Origin: Yuukianura sp. NJ FZ-2021
Taxonomy: Eukaryota
Direction: 5' to 3'
Length of the DNA: 64,000 nucleotides
Assembly (NCBI GenBank): GCA_046563655.1
Contig: CM102285.1
Span: forward strand, 12,710,001-12,774,000
Both the position numbers and the translations under genes were made by a program. Shown here in pieces: positions 1-19,944 of the stretch (positions within the stretch are counted from its first letter, which is position 1; each line of letters starts with the position of its first letter). The notes under the pieces are model-generated. The model made no database searches and had not been told where the DNA came from. It saw only the letters and a list, made by a program, of their open reading frames with translations.

Positions 1-1046
1 AGTGAAGAAATTGATGAAGAATTGGTGAAGCAGGATGCACAGGTAGGTCCACTGGGATAGCATGCAACTGTGAACTTGACGACGCTTGATGGTTGTATGC
101 AGTGAGTCACAGGTGAATATTACATCAAAGTCAATAGAGATTTCCTAATAATAACGTCCTTGACAGCATGGAATGAAATCGATTTGATGTCCACCGAGGA
201 CACAAGTCTATTATTACACCGTCATCAATTTCGCAACGACAGACACTTGAGCTAGGAAAGAAAAATATTGACAGCTAGTGAACACTGAGCATGCAGTTGT
301 GTTTCAATTGAAGTATAATCAATCAATCAATAAGTATGTTCTTACATGTCCATAGGATCTGTATGAAGCTAGTGTTGGGCCTGGAACGACAGAGTCTGTC
401 TTCAACAGTATTTTCAATCTTCGTAATACGGCGCAACTGCGTGATCTCTTTGACAAGTACCAAGACATGGCCGAGGGAAAAACGATTGAGGAGCTCGTCG
501 AGTCCGAATTTTCTGGAAATCTGAAAACGGCATACTTGACAATTAGTATGCACAAAACTCACTCACGAATTAAACATTTTAATCGATTAATTCATTTGAA
601 TTAGTTTGAAAACTCACAATTGTATTGTCTTTCAAGTCAAAATCACTCGGAACGCCGTTGTATTCTATGCCGAGCGTCTTCATGATGCGATGCAGGGAGC
701 TGGAACTGATGACAACACGCTGATGCAAATCATCGTCACGCGGTCCGAGGTTAGTTAAAAGCGTTTTCTAAAAAAAACACTTAATGAAATCAATTAGTAA
801 ATTTTGTTAATGAATTGTCAAATTGTGTAAATAGGTGGATTTACAAGATATTGCAGAGTACTATGCCATTAAATATGAAAAAACGTTGGCCGAAGCTGTT
901 GAGAAGGACACGAGTGGTAGGTGCTAATGTATCTCGGGAAGTACTAAAAATACAAGCTGGAAATTCAATTTGAATTTTTGTTTAAAGGCGACTACCGAGC
1001 TATTCTACTTCGTTTGATTGGTCAACCTGGCGGCGAGGCTGAATAA
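1..1046 (+). CDS. Annexin, 3' part (multi-exon, 5' end outside window)
   Basis: Spliced exons read DLYEASVGPGTTESVFNSIFNLRNTAQLRDLFDKY..., FYAERLHDAMQGAGTDDNTLMQIIVTRSE, VDLQDIAEYY...EKDTSG|DYRAILLRLIG...TAA at 1044-1046: annexin repeats 3-4 with the GxGT motif. Confidence 0.93.
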
Positions 1047-1373
1047 AAGTAAACACGGTAAGTTAATTGCAAAAGTAAATCCTACTTTAATCATTGTTGT
1101 AACTAAACTAAAATTTCAATTATCCAACGGTTAGTATAGCTTTACGTTCATTATCACGGAATGTTATGTAGGGCCCAGGTCAAAGGTCAATCAATGTCAC
1201 TCCCTTTCAACCAAACTAATTAAACTAACCTTAATTAAGTTAAAGCCATTGTAACAATTAACGTCAACGGTAGATGGCAGGAGAACAAATGCGATGGGAT
1301 AGTTTCCAAAACTGCTTCAGATTAAAACTTGCAGTTTCTTCAGTTGATTTGACAGGTCACTGGTTTGTCTCTT

Positions 1374-5839
<4,466 letters not shown>

Positions 5840-6111
5840 TGAAAATGATATCCTTTCACCTAGTTGATTAATTCTTCAGTTCACAACACCGACTTTCAAA
5901 TTGGCAATCCCTCAAGTCGCCAAACCAATTGTCGCATCAGTTACATTCATACGTTAACCTCCTTGCTTCGTTATGTCGTCCACCGTCAACAAGTTAAACT
6001 AACGTTAAACTAAAGTTAACGGTTAATTAATCATTAATTAACTGAACTTACGGAAGAATAATATAAAAAGTAAAATTCCCAATTGTCAATTCAAACACTG
6101 CGCGGAACGGG

Positions 6112-6128
6112 AACAGCTGATTTTTGTT
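6112..6128. promoter_or_regulatory. CAGCTG E-box-type promoter motif upstream of FAM91A1
   Basis: AACAGCTGATTTTTGTT; identical 17-mer at 12674-12690. Confidence 0.45.
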
Positions 6129-7182
6129 GTCATTTATGAAAAACAAGAAATTACACTCAAAAGTCTTCTTTTTGGCGTCGAGCTTTGGCAAAAAAAAATC
6201 TTATTTGTCCTTTTTTACTGAAGTAATTATCGTGTTTGTTATTTTATATTATTATTATTATTAAAACTGTTATAATTTTACTTTGCATTATGTTAAAAAT
6301 TTAATAATCCAGGTAGTTTATAATGAACCGCAAGCCAAACAAGAAAGCTATTAATTTTCATTTGGCGTTTCACTTGCAGTACTTAAAATATTTATTTGTT
6401 TTCTTATCTTTAGTAAAGAAATTCCTTGCTCGTAAACTCATTAAAAGTAAAATTGAAATCGTAAGTAAAATTGTAAGCTTTTTTTCAAGGTTTTTGTTAA
6501 AATTCAAAATTTTAAATTGCGTTTTTAGTTTTCATTTGCTACGGTGTAAGATCAAATGAAATTATTTAATTCTCTAACTACATTTTCTTAACTTTTCTTT
6601 TTAAATTTCTGTTTTTTTTTTTCACTTCTTGCAACGAAACCCCTTTAAAATGCCTATTTGCGGGTTCTCTAGTGTTCCAAGGTTTATTTACAGATGCAAA
6701 ACTAAAAATTATGCTCTAGTCTTCCAAATTAACTATCCGTTGTGTTCACACTCATTTTTTCGTTTTACATTCCAAAAAACTTCTTTCGACTTGTCACAAT
6801 CAACTCTAGAAATTCGAATTACGTAACTTTTCCAATTAAGAAGCGTCATTTTTAACTACTTGGCAAATTTTTTATTAGTAGCCAGAAAAAAGCGTTGAGA
6901 TACCTTAACCAGTTCACCTTGAAAATCTTGAGTTTCCAGAGTAATTCACTTTTTTATTTCTGCTAATCTGAACACGGAAGGGATTTGAAACATTAATCAC
7001 CATAAAAACTGGACTTTCGCGGTGACGGATGCGTAACATTAGATTTTGCAGAGCTAAGATGCTCAAGGATAAAACCAAGATTTTGTCATCATCATTTAGT
7101 AATCTGAAGGTTTCCATTTGCAAATTTTATTATCCTGGATGCAAATTGCATAGTGGCCTAGGCTAAAATTTCAAACCTGAAA

Positions 7183-10066
<2,884 letters not shown>

Positions 10067-10164
10067 ACAATGAGTTAATTATAAATTGTTCAAATAAGAA
10101 ATCACATAAATTCGCTATGCATATGCTATAAAATGAAGGAGAGATCCTACCTGTTTTTCGTTGG

Positions 10165-11760
10165 TTATCGAATCGCTTGTGACATGTGAAGCGGATTTAT
10201 CATAAGTTCCAGTGCAGCATTCTTCAAGTTGGCACCGCGTAGATTAGCTTCATGAAGATCACTGCCAGTGAGATCGCAATTCTCTAAGTCAGCACCTTTA
10301 GCAACGACAACAGTTTCATGAGATCATTCATAGTTAATGCAGTTCTTGAATTTTATTAACTTAGGGGAAAAAGTTTAATTGTACCTGCTAAGATTGCTCC
10401 TCGTAGGATGGTTGCTTTCAAGTTCGCGTTTTTCAAATTGGCAACACGGAGATTGGCACCAGTCAGATCAGAATCTTCCAACTGAGCATTTCGCAAGTTC
10501 ACTCCTTCCATGTTCGCATGCTGACTATTGGGATCCTAAACGTATCACAATCCGTGTATTTAAGCATTTTCAAACTACTACAGGAATTGAGTTGAGCTGA
10601 AGTAAATAATTCACCTGAAAGTTACAATTTATGCAACTTGCTCCTTCCATGATCGCATTGGTCATCCGGACTCCACTTAAAGTGGCAGAATTCATCTCCG
10701 CTCCTGTCATATCAGCACGTTCGAAATTGCAAAATGATAAGTTCGCAAAAGAGAGTTTAGCGTTCCGAAGTTTTGCAAATCTGAAAACAGACACATAAAA
10801 TAGGAAATTATAATAGCGTCCAACTCCATAACATAACAAAAAGAAAAACCAGTTAATTGAAAAGTTACTTGAAGTTGATATTCCGCAAATCGAGGTGTGA
10901 TAAATCTGCACCGTTCAAATTAACGCCTTGAAATCTCAAGACGGATGTGTTTGCTGTTCCAATTAAAACGTTCACAACGTCCCTTCTCGTAAGCGGAAAC
11001 TCTTCCTTCGGAATCAACATTTCCTCCAAAACCGTAATGCATTCCTGAATTCCAAAAAATTGGGCCTCCTCCAAAACTCCTGTAATTAGATTAATTAAAG
11101 ATATTAATGTTAACTTGGTCCAGCACACTAAACTAAAAGTATCTATGAAAAGTGCTGGCTGTTACCTTTTGGATTAATATTGGGGTTTATAATGATGTTT
11201 CCTGTTCTCAAATAGTTTAGAATCGGTTCGAAATAAGCTGGATCACGGTCTATGAGGTAAGCACCATCCGTATCCTTGATTCCAGGTTTTAAGTGCGAGT
11301 TTGGACAAAACATTCTCGCCAGCATCGATCCTGGTTCTCGAACTAGCAAAGTAGTCCTCGACGTGTAAAAAATTCGTCCACCAACGTTGAGTTTGATCCA
11401 CTCGTTGCTACATTCGCCTCTTGAGGGTGGGATGAAGTCTTCTCCTCTCGAAACAATTATCGACTCCTCATCCCTGAAATAGCAAATCAACCTCATAAGT
11501 CACGCCTTTATGATATCGGAGACTCAAACGGAATCCCAGTCCCAAAACAATACTTACCGTAGCAATTCTATGTCGTACATTTCTGCGCCTTGTAAAGTGA
11601 ACAGCCGCGTGTATCCATCGGCTTGGAAAACTTCTCCAATTTCAATCAACAGTTTCTGGATGGATTCACACCTAACTCCGACGACCTTCCCCGGATTTGA
11701 AGATCCATTCTCGTGTACAACTATCCTCTTCATGGCTCTTTTAGTAGCTAACGCTTCCAT
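10165..11760 (-). CDS. KCTD9: KCTD9 (KHA, BTB/POZ and pentapeptide repeats)
   Basis: WIKLNVGGRIFYTSRTTL...LIDRDPAYFEPILNYLRTG BTB domain; LRFQGVNLNGADLS pentapeptide repeats; C-terminus PLHMSQAIR*. Confidence 0.94.
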
Positions 11761-11768
11761 GTTCTTCG

Positions 11769-12614
11769 TTATTTTGTTTCAGCCTCGTGACTCAAGGGTA
11801 ATTTAATGATTTTGAGGCGAAGAATGAGCTCCAGAGCAGTTTCTTCGTATGGTCTCAAATTCTCCAGTGGCACAGTGGCAGGTTGATTTATAAAAGGTAT
11901 GCTGAAGTAATGTCTCAGGATGCTGATTCTAAAAATCACGGAATTTCAGTCCAGAGACGAATTCATTTACTGCTTTAACGTATCATATAGTCTTTGATCT
12001 TACTTTAATTTGAAGTACGTTAAGATTCGACGACAGTCTTCATGACAGGCAGTAAGTTCTCTGTTGTCAATCACCAAACGATTCTGTGAGCGAAATGCTT
12101 CGAATAGCCTTTGATTGAACGTCTCAGAAACCGTCTGAAGCTTTGCGACAGCGATTTCAATCTCGTCACTGTTAAAATATGTCCCAAAACATTAAAACAC
12201 AAGATGCGTCAAGATTTAGTTAAGACAAGAACGCAGTATACAGTCGTATCTGCTTACAGTATTGATACCGCTTGCTGGACTTCCTCTTCGTAACTGTCAA
12301 ATATGACGCGTCGCAGATCTCCCTTGTACTCTACCGGAATTCCAGGAATGAAGTCCGAGATATCTCCCACTCTGCACATAACAAGAACAATTTTTCGTAC
12401 ATTAGGAAACCCTGGAACTTTCTTAAGGACATAATCAAAGACAGATGACTAGAAGAACATGAACTTACGAATCAATTGCTTTGATTTTGGTTTTGGCGAT
12501 ATTAATTGGTCCAGAAATTAGTCCCTGGATTTGGTCAAACTTGCCTAAGATGTCCGATTGATAAATTTCTGCGACAAACTTCTTTATGGCATCCCCTGCA
12601 GTACGAGAACTCAT
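11769..12614 (-). CDS. Hidden 4-exon 194-aa helical protein, tentatively CINP/C1orf109-like
   Basis: Exons 12614-12469, 12371-12258, 12168-12004 and 11928-11769 join in frame through three GTAAG...AG introns; the family call rests only on remembered weak similarity. Confidence 0.75.
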
Positions 12615-12673
12615 AACCGATAAACCAATTAATAATCTAATAAATTCCACACACAAACCAAAATAAAATTACC

Positions 12674-12690
12674 AACAGCTGATTTTTGTT
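12674..12690. promoter_or_regulatory. CAGCTG E-box-type promoter motif ~60 nt upstream of the 12614 ATG
   Basis: AACAGCTGATTTTTGTT identical to 6112-6128. Confidence 0.45.
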
Positions 12691-13565
12691 ATGACAGAAG
12701 CATCAGGGATGGAGCGTACCACTAGAGGTCGCAACATTGGTTTGATTTTTGCAATAATTCTCTGCAGCGAACTTAATTTTTTACAGCAGATTAAACTGCA
12801 TAGCGTATTTCCAAAAATTCATAGCCCCAAAAATTTTCAAAATTTCGCAAGATTTTCAATTCTGAAGTTCAAATTACAAAATTTATTAAGTTTTAGAAGT
12901 TAGACAAAGAAAAAAGTCTCTTTTACGTTTTCCTTTTTTGTTTCAAGTTGACACCGCATGAAATATTAACTTTCTCAACCCAATATTTTATGTAGATGAG
13001 GAGAATTCTTCTCTCATGCATTTCTCTCATCTCCTCGCCTATCTCTCCTAATGCAATAAACCGAAACACTCTCGTCGTCGAGCCTTAAAGAAAGGCCATG
13101 AGGGCTTGGATTAATTTTTAACTAGTGTTGTGGTTAAGCATTGAAAATTTTAGTTTCGTTGTTCACATGTTCAATTTCTTTAAAGCAATCAATAGTTAAA
13201 ACGTGTAATTATTCCAGATTCTATTTTTATATGTACATTGTCTTTTCAAGTTTGTTTAAGTTTAGAATTTGCTTTTGCTTTTCAAAAGAAAAATGGTAAA
13301 CTATAAACTTTCTGGTTTACTTCTACATGTTGTTGAATTAAGGTTAATTTCATTGCTTTTGTTTTAGAAAGTTTACCAGCAACACAATGATGTTTTGATT
13401 ACAAAGTGAAACAATGGGGTTTTCAGTTAGCTAGAAAAAATGTAATGTTCACTTAGCAGCATTTTTGTTCTTGTTTTTCTAAAAGCCATATATACTTCCT
13501 CTTCACAATATGTGAGAACGCTTGTAGTTTTAGTTTAGGTCAAAGTCATTTTGTAAACCTGCGCT

Positions 13566-15133
13566 ATGATATGGAGAAAAGTTCAAAAATTGTTCAAACT
13601 TTTTGTTCTAATTGCAATTCTACTGACGATTTTTACCTCTTTCTCCAACTTTTCAAATTCTGCAAACAGTTCCAGTGGAAGCAGTGATAATAATAATACA
13701 TTTCCCAAATCTAGAAAAGTCGAAGCTGACCTGACGATTGACCCGGAAAATTCAATATTTTGGTCAAATTGTACTCGGATACCATTTGAAAATGAGGAAT
13801 GGGGCAGAATCAAACGAAAATTTGTCCAAATTTTATTCAATTTTATTCCAAGGGCCCACAATGCCTCTTGCAACGATTCCTTAATAACACTAACGACGCA
13901 TTCCGACTTTCGGTTTTTGGACAATTTGATTCCAATCGTTAATCGTTGGAGAGCTCCAATTTCAATTGCTTTGTATGTTCCATTTGACGATCTGAATCCA
14001 ACTTTACATCGAGTAGCTTACATTCTAAAGTGTGAAACCCCGTTAATCAAAAAATGGATTTCATTTCATTTTTATTCTGAAAAGAAGTACTGGAGATTTA
14101 GTGAAAATGAAGTTTCAGAACTTTGGAGAAAGTGGGAAGAAGTTCCAGTAAGTAAGTTTACTTAGTAAAGAAAAAGTTTCACAAATATTTCCAATTTTGA
14201 CTTTCTTCGAATTTTCAGAAAAACTTTGCTCATCTCCGCCAAAATTCGGGAATGACATGAAAACAAGTCGTCATCACCATAAAATCAAGTATCCAGTAAA
14301 CATTGGCCGCAATTTAGCTCGTGAAGCGGCTCCAACAAAGTATATTTTTGCTTCAGATGTGGAACTCTATCCAAGCCCAGGCTTTGTTCCTCAATTTTTC
14401 AAAATGCTTAGAACAAAACTCAACTTTTTTGAATCAAGAACTTCACCATACGTTTTCGTATTGCCAATTTTTGAAATTGAGGAATCCTTTGATCCACCAA
14501 TGACAAAGACCCAGTTGATTGACTTTCTCCAAAAGAATATTTCTATACCTTTCCATACGTTCGTGTGTCCAGAATGTCACATTATTCCAAAATATGCCGA
14601 ATGGGTCACTGCTGACACGAAGGTCAATGACCTCGACGTGTTCCATGTAGCAAAAAGACATGGGGAATATAGTACTTGGGAACCAATTTACGTGAGTACC
14701 AACGAGGTTCCATTTTATGACGAACGGTAAGACATTTGTGGGAAAATTTATGAAAAATTATGAAAATTCTAAAGAATTTCAAATTCTAAAAAAACAACAA
14801 CAATTTTTCAGGTTATCTTGGGAGGGATTGCGGGACAAAATGCCTCAAGTGAGTTGCAACGTTTCAAGTTTTGTAAGGTAGAAGATTAAGTTTTTCGAAA
14901 ATTGCAATGTTGTTTTTCAAACTTTGACTTTTCAGGGCTACAAGCTGTGTGTTTTGGATTATGATTTTATGATTTTGAACAACGCATTTTTAGTTCATAA
15001 ACCAGGAATTAAGAAAAGTGTTCATGAAAAAGAAGAAAATGACATTGTGATACAGAGGAACAATAGACTCATTGATAGAATTATTGACAAAGTCACAATT
15101 CATTTTGGAAATCGTAAAGGATGTAAGGCCTAA
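13566..15133 (+). CDS. GT49 glycosyltransferase (B4GAT1/i-beta-1,3-GlcNAc-transferase-like), copy 1
   Basis: Type II TM N-terminus; ITLTTHSDFRFLDNL, RWRAPISIALY, YPVNIGRNLARE, ASDVELYPS, WEPIY, YDERLSWEG, ILNNAFLVHKPG. Confidence 0.88.
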
Positions 15134-15448
15134 AAACATACGGTTAATGTTTTCAGCTAACATGAAAATTAGCTGAATTCTGAATTGTTTTGAAGATTTG
15201 AAAATAAAAAGTCCAAGTCAAAAAAAAGTTTTCGAAGAATTCATTTTTTCCAACTTTCTCTTTTATCCAAAAAATTTTATCACACTTTTCTTTGCTATGA
15301 AAACAAAAATTTCAAATTCGGTTCTTCTATTTATAAACGAATTTGAAATCGAGAATATTTTGAATTTGAATTGTTTGTGAATGTATTCCTTTTAGATCGA
15401 AACGATAATAGCATAACAGTACATGAAAACGTTTCCTTCTCCAGAAAA

Positions 15449-16993
15449 ATGCTACACTCACTCCTGTATTTCCTGTGTGGAGCCACTGTAGTAGTCACAG
15501 TTTTCTTCTACTGCTTCAGCATTCAGCACACTTATGGTTTTGATCCAAAAAATTTTGAAATTTCTCACACCCCGCTTCCCAAATCGTCTACTAGAGATCT
15601 TGACACTGGAGCTGACCTCAAATGCCATGAATTGGCATTGGAAGCAGAGAAATCCGGCAGAAACGGTCGAAATTTCACGGTCTACCTGAACTTTATCAAC
15701 AGAAGTCGCAACGTATCATGTGAAGATGACCTCATAACTTTAACTACGCATGGAGACTACAGATTTCTGGACAATTTGGTTCCACTTGTCCAACGCTGGA
15801 AAGCTCCAATTTCAGTAGCTTTGTACGTACCGTACGATGACCTTCGCCCAACACTGTACCGAATTGCTTACATCCGAACCTGTGAAACTCCATTGGTCAA
15901 AGAATGGATTTCGTTTCATCTCTACGCTAAATCTTTTCACTTCAGTGACAACGAGACTCACATTTTAAAACTATGGACAAATTGGAACAAAAAATTCGAT
16001 TCAAGTAAATTGCGAAACAAAAATTCAAAACCAAAAAATTCCAGAATTCACAAATTTTTGAAAATTCTAGATCGTAAATTGTGCTTGGCAGCTCCAGTAT
16101 TTAATACATCCGAAACAACTTCCAGGATTGGTCACAACCTAACGTATCCAGTCAACGTTGGACGAAATATTGCTCGTGAAGCGGCTCCAACCAAGTACAT
16201 TTTTGCGTCAGATATTGAATTGTTCCCAAGTCGGAATTTGGTTCCACAATTTTTCAAAATGCTTGCTACAAAACAAGAGTTTTTTGCTGCAAGAAAGTCA
16301 CCTTACGTTTTCGTTTTACCGCCGTTTGAAGTCAGGTCGACCTTTGACCTTCCGGAGACGAAAGGTCAACTGCTGAGACTTTTTAGAAGAAAAGCTGCAA
16401 TTCTATTTCATCATAGGTTGTGTGCACTGTGTCACATGGGGCCAAAATATAAAGATTGGGTTGCAAATTTTAGCAGAGGAGATGACAAGAAAGATCTTGA
16501 TGTTTTCTACATTTCCAAAAGGCAAGGTAAATACGAAGCTTACTGGGAACCAATGTACATCGGTTTGACCAACGTTCCATACTATGAAGAACGGTAAGTT
16601 GGACTGGAAATTGAAAAATCATAGCAGCAGAGATTCATTTTGTTGAAATTTTGAAAACACTTGCTACACGGTTTGTGTTTTTGATTCATCCGGCAGGTTA
16701 TCTTACGAAGGCAGAAGGGACAAAATGGTACATGTGAGTAATGCGGAAATTTCGTTTTTGGAAATTTTGAATTTTCTAAATCTAAAATTTGGTGGTTTCA
16801 GTCCTACAAACTGTGCGTTCTGGATTACGACTTTATGATCCTGAACAACGCTTTTTTAGTTCACAAAGCAGGAATTAAAAAGAAAAACAAGCCAATTGTA
16901 AAAGTGGAGTGGGAAAAAAGTAACACAATTATCCACCGAATTCGGCAACAAGTTCAAAGGAAGTATGGAAAACATAGTGAATGTCACATTTAG
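15449..16993 (+). CDS. GT49 glycosyltransferase, copy 2
   Basis: Same motifs (YPVNVGRNIARE, ASDIELFPS, YWEPMY) and same intron positions as copy 1; TAG at 16991-16993. Confidence 0.88.
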
Positions 16994-17751
16994 AAGCGAA
17001 AATAATGTTAAATAGAATATTTATTTAATTAAACAGATTTAGTTTCAAATGAATTTACTTATATAAAATGAAGCCCAAGTTTATCTGTGTGTGCGTTCCT
17101 TGTGTGTGCTTTATCTTGACGCCACATAAAATACCAAATTTCGCAACTGTGTTATGTTGCATGATGAAGAGCAGAATAATTCTGAATTCTTCTCCCATGC
17201 ATTTCGCTCATCTCATCTCCTATCTCTCGCAATGCAACAAAATTAAACAGTTTCAGTTTCATGGTAGAGCAGAGCTTACTAGAAACACATTTCAGCAACA
17301 TTAATTTTTATGCGGCGTTTCACTTAAACAATAAAAAAGTTTGTTTTACATGTCACTTTTTCAATTTCTTCAAATCAAAACCATTGTTAAACTGTGCAAT
17401 AATTACACATTGTAAATAGTTTTTTTTTTGCTTTTGCACTTCGAAACAGACGTAAAACTTAAAAAAATGAAAATTAGTAGTTGAAAAAATGTTGAAGATT
17501 TGAAAATAAAAATTTTAAGATTTCAAGTCTATGTCTATTTAATCAAGGAATCCAAAGTTTTCATCTCGACCAACTTTCTCTTTTATGGAAAAGAAAATTT
17601 CACACTTTTTTTTTGTTATGAAAACAAAAAGTTTTAATTCCTTTCTAACAAATCAAAAATATAATTGTTTGGAAAAGTTTCATGTTTCAATAATTTATTT
17701 CTTTTTGATCGAAACGCTGAAATGCATGAGAACGTTTTTCTCTCCATAAAA

Positions 17752-19354
17752 ATGTTGCACTCACTGATGTATTTTTTGTGTGGAGTCACTGTAACTACAG
17801 TTTTCTACTACTGGTTCAGCGTTCAACACACTTTTGACCAGAGATTGTTCGAAATTTCTCAAACTCCGTCCTTCCAAGCTTATGCTGGTGACCTTGGAAC
17901 TGGAGGTGATCTCAAATCTTCTGCTGGTGACCTTGGAACTGTAGCTGACCTCAAATGCCGTGAATTGGCATTGGAAGCTGAGAAATCCGGCAGAAACGGT
18001 CGAAATTTCACGGTCTACCTGAACTTCATCAACAGAAGTCGCAGCGTATCATGTGACGATGACCTCATAACTTTAACTACGCATGGAGACTACAGATTTC
18101 TCGAAAATTTGGTTCCACTTGTTCATCGATGGAAAGCTCCAATTTCAGTAGCTTTGTACGTACCGTACGATGACCTTCGCCCAACACTGTACCGAATCGC
18201 TTACATCCGAACCTGTGAAACTCTATTGGTCAAAGAATGGATTTCGTTTCATCTCTACGCTAAATCTTTTCACTTCAGTTACAACGAAACTCAAATTTTA
18301 GAAAAGTGGACAAAGTGGAGCAAAGCTGATCCAAGTAAATTGCGAAACAAAATTTCAAAGCCAAAAACATTCCGGAATTCACAAATTTTTTAAAATTCTA
18401 GGTAAATTGTGCGTGAACACTCCAGAATTTAATACATCCAAGAAAACTTCCAGGATTCGTCACAAACTAACGTATCCAGTCAACGTTGGACGAAATATTG
18501 CTCGTGAAGCGGCTCCAACCAAGTACATATTTGCATCAGATATTGAATTGTTCCCAAGTCGAAATTTGGTTCCACAATTTTTCAAAATGCTTGCTACAAA
18601 ACAAGAGTTTTTCGCTGCAAGAAAGTCACCTTACGTCTTTGTTTTACCGCCGTTTGAAGTCGGTTCGACCTTTGACCTGCCAGAGACGAAAGGTCAACTC
18701 CTGGAACTTCTTAGAAGAAAAGCTGCATTTCTATTTCATCTTACGTTGTGTGCACAGTGTCACATGGTGCCAAAATATGAAGATTGGGTTGCAGATTTTA
18801 ACAGAGATGACAAAGAAGATGAAGATCTTGATGTTTTTCACGTTGCGAAAAGGCAGGGTGACTACGCTGCTTTCTGGGAACCAATGTACATAGGCTTGAA
18901 CAATGTTCCATATTATGAGGAACGGTAAGTTGAATTGAAATTGAAAAATCATAGCAGTAGAGATTCATTTTGTTGAAATTTTGAAAGAAATCTTGACTTT
19001 TGAAAACATTTTTACTGCACTTTTTTTTGTGTTCTTGAATCGATCGGCAGGTTATCGTACGAAGGCAGAAGGGACAAAATGGTTCATGTGAGTTGATCGA
19101 ATTTGCTTGAATTTTGATTTTTTGGAAATTTAGAACGCTCTAAATTTAAAATTTTGTGGTTCCAGTCCTACACACTGTGCGTTCTGGATTACGACTTTAT
19201 GATCCTGAACAACGCTTTTTTAGTTCACAGAGGAATTAAAAAGAAAACAGAGCCAATTGTGGAAGTGGAGTGGAACAGAAGTGACATAATTATCGATCGA
19301 ATTATGAACCAAGTTCGGAGGAAGTATGGGAAACACAGGGAATGTCGCATTTAG
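17752..19354 (+). CDS. GT49 glycosyltransferase, copy 3 (recent duplicate of copy 2)
   Basis: Near-identical to copy 2 in exons, introns and flanks; intron 18335-18401 explains the ORF break. Confidence 0.88.
17884..17955 (+). repeat. 39-bp in-frame tandem duplication in the GT49 copy 3 stem region
   Basis: AGDLGTGGDLKSS followed by AGDLGTVADLK; copy 2 has a single unit. Confidence 0.75.
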
Positions 19355-19944
19355 AAGCGAAAATACTGTTTTGGATAGAATTAAATTTATTTAGACAGAT
19401 TTAGTTTCAAAAGAATTTAGAATAAAAACGTCTGTTTTCACTGGATATTTCGCAAAAACTTAGCGTTGGCGGTGGGTGTGCTCTGAATACATGAAAAACT
19501 GCTTGAAATAAATGTCGCAACAAAAAGTCTCATGAGCGGTGACGTTGTTTTAAACCTGCATTTTCACCCCAGACAAACACTGTTTTTGCTGTGCTCAACT
19601 ATGGCGGGAGTCGTATACTGGCAAATGGTTAAGCATTGGTTTATCCGAAAAAATACTGCTGCTTTAACTGCAACTGCTTTGGAATTTGTGTACTTTGTAC
19701 TGGTAAACGGTTAAGTCTGGCTCTTTTACCTGAGAGAAAGCACTATCGGTTTTTAACTCTGCGGGATTCTTAATATTTACTGTAAAATTGAGGTTTGGGG
19801 AATCTTGAGAATCTAAAAACTTATAAAGCACAGGAAGTGAAAGATTTCTTGAACAATTTTTTAAAGAAAGACTATGAAGTAATGAACTCTTTAAAAACTT
19901 TCAGTTTGTTTTGTCTTGATGAAAGCTAGGAAGTGAGAAGTTTT

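Noticed and set aside
10165..10960. Pentapeptide repeats as a bacterial (Qnr/MfpA-like) transfer
   Set aside because: They are the normal C-terminal domain of animal KCTD9
18335..18401. GT49 copy 3 as a frameshifted pseudogene
   Set aside because: The break is a normal GT-AG intron at the same position as in copies 1 and 2
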